Assembly (NCBI GenBank): GCA_050633305.1
Contig: JBOEGF010000008.1
Location: 128,001-192,000 of the forward strand
Reading direction: 5' to 3'
DNA: 64,000 bases
Origin: Nannocystales bacterium
GTDB taxonomy: Bacteria; Myxococcota_A; Polyangia; Nannocystales; Nannocystaceae
Shown: one piece after another, positions 61,176 through 64,000 of the stretch
Layout: each line of letters starts with the position of its first letter
How positions within the stretch are numbered: the first letter of the stretch is position 1
The notes under the pieces: model-generated
Database searches by the model: none
What the model was told of the DNA's origin: nothing
Seen by the model: only the letters and a program-made list of their open reading frames with translations
Translations under genes and position numbers: made by a program

Positions 61176-62474
61176 TCACCGAGCAAGCATCTGGATCGTC
61201 GCGTCCTCGGCGAAGAAGAACGCCTCGGAGTCGAGCGCTAGCCGTTGATTCGTGACTGGAACCAGCGTTGAGTAGAGCGTGCGCGCGCCTGACCCATCCT
61301 CCGCGACATCGCGGAGGTGATTTCCATCGTCCTCGAAGTCCCACCAGGTGAGTCTGCCGTCCTCAACCAGCAGCGAGAACCCGTCGGAGAAGAACGGCGA
61401 CCCTTCCTCGAGTAGGGTCACAATGTTCGAACCATCAAGGTCGCACGCGATCAGTGAGCTCTGATCGCCATCACCGCGACACGCGAGATATATGCGTTCA
61501 TCCGCCGCCACCATCGCGTGACAACCCATTGGCGCGAGAACGGTGGTGGCCGAACCGCCACCACCACCGACACCGCGCCGCTGGATACCCGCTTCGCTGC
61601 TGAAGAATACGAACGCGCTGTTGGCAGCGACCAATGAGTCTTGCTCGAGCCCTGCGGCGTACGTTCGGTTGTCGGCACCATCCAGAGTTGTACCGAGCAC
61701 CGCGTATGTGTCGGGGTTAGGCAGCGGGACGTCATTTCGTCCCACCCAAAACACGCGATTCGAAGTCGAAGTCAGCGCCGTCGGCGTGTTGTACGTCGCG
61801 TCGAAGTCAAGGCCCTGCGCAGGTGCCCCGTTGAGCGAGATCAGACGTACAAACCCGTCGGGCATGATTCCCCCGGTGAGGACAATCCCCTCCCCGGTCG
61901 CTTCGATCTCTCGCTTCCCGGGTCCCGGATCGGGGCCGTCATCGGCGAGAATCTCCGGGTCTGGCATGAGCTGCTGCGGGATCCGCTCTAGCGTCCCGGC
62001 CGTGACGAAGTAGACGTAGTCCTCATCCGCTGCGAGGTCTCGCAGGTCCCCCTCCACAAACAGCGACACGGGCTGGCACTCCCCGGCTTCGCACTCGCCC
62101 CCTAGACAATCGTGCCCGCACTCGCCGCAGTGCAGCGGATCGGCCATCCGGTCGATCTCGCATGCCCCGGTCCCGCACGCGACCAGCGGACCCTCGCACT
62201 GGACCTCTCCAGTGCTGCTCTCTGCCCCAATTCCAGTTTCTGCGGTGTCCCCGGTGTCGGTGCCTGTGGACTCAACTCCCGTGGGAAGAGTCGCGCCGCC
62301 TCCCGAGGACGTTCCGCTCGAGCCCGGGCCGGTCACCATGCCGCCAGCCGTCGCCCCCGTGGTGTCCGTCGCTTCTCCCGCATCGGTATCACCCGGAATC
62401 GGATCCACCTGGTTCGGTGTGAAACAAGCCGGAACCAGTGCCAGAGCAAGAATGGTGGAGGGGAGTCGAAGCAT
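61176..62474 (-). CDS. Lipoprotein with Cys-rich linker and beta-propeller
   Basis: Lipobox VPAC; DPLHCGECGHDCLGGEC; repeats such as LAADEDYVYF and LALDSEAFFF. Confidence 0.78.
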   Translation of the reverse strand: MLRLPSTILALALVPACFTPNQVDPIPGDTDAGEATDTTGATAGGMVTGPGSSGTSSGGGATLPTGVESTGTDTGDTAETGIGAESSTGEVQCEGPLVACGTGACEIDRMADPLHCGECGHDCLGGECEAGECQPVSLFVEGDLRDLAADEDYVYFVTAGTLERIPQQLMPDPEILADDGPDPGPGKREIEATGEGIVLTGGIMPDGFVRLISLNGAPAQGLDFDATYNTPTALTSTSNRVFWVGRNDVPLPNPDTYAVLGTTLDGADNRTYAAGLEQDSLVAANSAFVFFSSEAGIQRRGVGGGGGSATTVLAPMGCHAMVAADERIYLACRGDGDQSSLIACDLDGSNIVTLLEEGSPFFSDGFSLLVEDGRLTWWDFEDDGNHLRDVAEDGSGARTLYSTLVPVTNQRLALDSEAFFFAEDATIQMLAR

Positions 62475-62655
62475 CGCGGGACCCAAGTCGGGGCACCGTG
62501 CCACGCTTCTCCCCCCCCCAAACAAGCCCGACGGCGCCCGGGGGGCAGGGGGTCCGTGCCCGTCAGAAGCCTCCTACCGCCTGCCTCCCAACCCCCTGCG
62601 AGAGCCGCTCAACCCGCGTTTGACACGACTCTGCCCCGTCCATAGCGTTGCCTCG

Positions 62656-63780
62656 ATGGACATCAGCAGTGCCTTCGACTCGGGGAACATCGTCGTCGTC
62701 AAAGCGGACGACCCAACCGGCATCGAGCTGGAGATTCGGCCCGACGCTGGCGAGGACCACTTCCAGTGGTTTCACTATCGGGTGACGGGTTCGAAGGGCG
62801 TGCCGCTGACGATGACCATCACCAACGCGCGGCGTGCCAGCTACCCGGAAGGTTGGAAGGACTATCGAGCCTGCGCCTCGTACGACCGCGGGCACTGGTT
62901 CCGCGTGCCAACCCGGTACGAGGGCGGGGAGCTCATCATCGAACACACGCCGGAGCACGACGCGTGTTGGTACGCGTACTTCGCTCCCTACTCGCTCGAC
63001 CACCACAACGACCTCATCGCGGAGGCGCAGATGGTGGACGACGTGACGCTCAGCCGGCTCGGTGCAACGGTCGACGGTCGTGACATCGACCTGCTCACCG
63101 TCGGGGACGATGGGGACGACAAGCGCTCATGCTGGATCATCGCGCGTCAGCACCCCGGGGAGTCGATGGCGGAGTGGCTCATCGAAGGGCTGCTCGACCG
63201 ACTGCTCGACGATGAAGATCCCGTCGCTCGAGAGGTTCGCGAACGCGCATGCCTGTACATCGTCCCGAACATGAATCCTGATGGCTCGTTCCGCGGCCAC
63301 CTCCGGAACAACGCGGCGGGTAAGAACCTCAACCGCCAGTGGGAAGAGCCGAACGTACAAAGCAGCCCCGAGGTTTTCCACGTGCGCGCAGCGATGGAGC
63401 GCAGCGGCGTCGATTTTTTCCTGGATGTTCACGGGGACGAAGCCCTGCCCTACAACTTCATCAGCGGCGGCGAAGGCATCAAGTCCTGGGACAATGCGAA
63501 GGAAGAACGGGAGAAGCGATACAGCGACGCCCTTCTTGTCGCGAGCCCTGACTTTCAGACGAAGTTCGGGTACCCGGTGCCGGAACACGGCGAGGCCAAC
63601 AACACGATGGCCAGCAACTGGGTCGGCGAGCGATTCGGCTGCCTAGCCGTCACGTTGGAGATGCCATTCAAGGATACGGCCGACACTCCACATCCGCTGG
63701 GCTGGTCGCCGGAGCGGGCCCGGAAGTTCGGCGCGGCACAGCTTGACGCACTTCTCGTCGCACTCCGCGCGGCACGCTGA
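62656..63780 (+). CDS. M14-type cytosolic carboxypeptidase
   Basis: ISSAFDSGNI, ARQHPGE, NMNPDG, NLNR, DVHGDE and TLEMPFKD. Confidence 0.92.
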   Translation: MDISSAFDSGNIVVVKADDPTGIELEIRPDAGEDHFQWFHYRVTGSKGVPLTMTITNARRASYPEGWKDYRACASYDRGHWFRVPTRYEGGELIIEHTPEHDACWYAYFAPYSLDHHNDLIAEAQMVDDVTLSRLGATVDGRDIDLLTVGDDGDDKRSCWIIARQHPGESMAEWLIEGLLDRLLDDEDPVAREVRERACLYIVPNMNPDGSFRGHLRNNAAGKNLNRQWEEPNVQSSPEVFHVRAAMERSGVDFFLDVHGDEALPYNFISGGEGIKSWDNAKEEREKRYSDALLVASPDFQTKFGYPVPEHGEANNTMASNWVGERFGCLAVTLEMPFKDTADTPHPLGWSPERARKFGAAQLDALLVALRAAR

Positions 63781-63890
63781 GCTGGTCGGCTTCACGGCGA
63801 TGCCATGGGGTCCCTCGGCCCCATGATCGGTGCTAATCTCGGTTTCTGGGGGACGTGAGCGCCGTTTCGGCGTGGGACGTCGGCAGCACT

Positions 63891-64000
63891 ATGAAGAGAC
63901 TGATTCAAGCAAGCTTGGTGTTGGGTGTCGGCTCGATGCCCGTCGCGGCATCGGCCGATCCAGGGCAGCTCGTCGGCATCGAGATCGACACGGTCGACGT
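63891..64000 (+). CDS. Partial exported protein truncated by the window end
   Basis: MKRLIQASLVLGVGSMPVAASA signal-peptide-like start; frame open to the edge. Confidence 0.55.
   Translation, partial: MKRLIQASLVLGVGSMPVAASADPGQLVGIEIDTVD

Overview
GC-rich, gene-dense bacterial DNA with about 48 CDS. It is most consistent with a myxobacterium (inferred from a MYXO-CTERM-like tail, a TPR Ser/Thr kinase, a DUF1592/DUF1552 pair and many Cys-rich lipoproteins). I saw no rRNA, tRNA, IS element or CRISPR array. Main content: an ExbB-ExbD-TonB-lipoprotein-TonB-dependent receptor operon; a RhlE-like helicase; an ECF sigma/YciI pair; ada plus a 2OG oxygenase; peptidases (M3, S8, M16, M14); a MauG-like diheme/LamG fusion; and an RluA-family gene with trhO. 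The strongest leads are four. (1) A 1905-aa fusion of an M48-like zinc peptidase, TerB, DUF4011, an SF1 helicase and a degenerate Vsr-like tail, possibly defence-related. (2) A minus-strand Dlt/AlgI-like envelope acylation system (MBOAT, DltA-like adenylation enzyme, carrier protein, three SGNH proteins) with a sulfotransferase coupled to the carrier, interrupted twice by plus-strand genes. (3) An ArsC-family selenoprotein (UxxC plus SECIS-like hairpin) that the ORF track truncates. (4) A second in-frame TGA at a Cys position of a Cys-rich lipoprotein. All family calls come from reading motifs by eye; no database searches were run.
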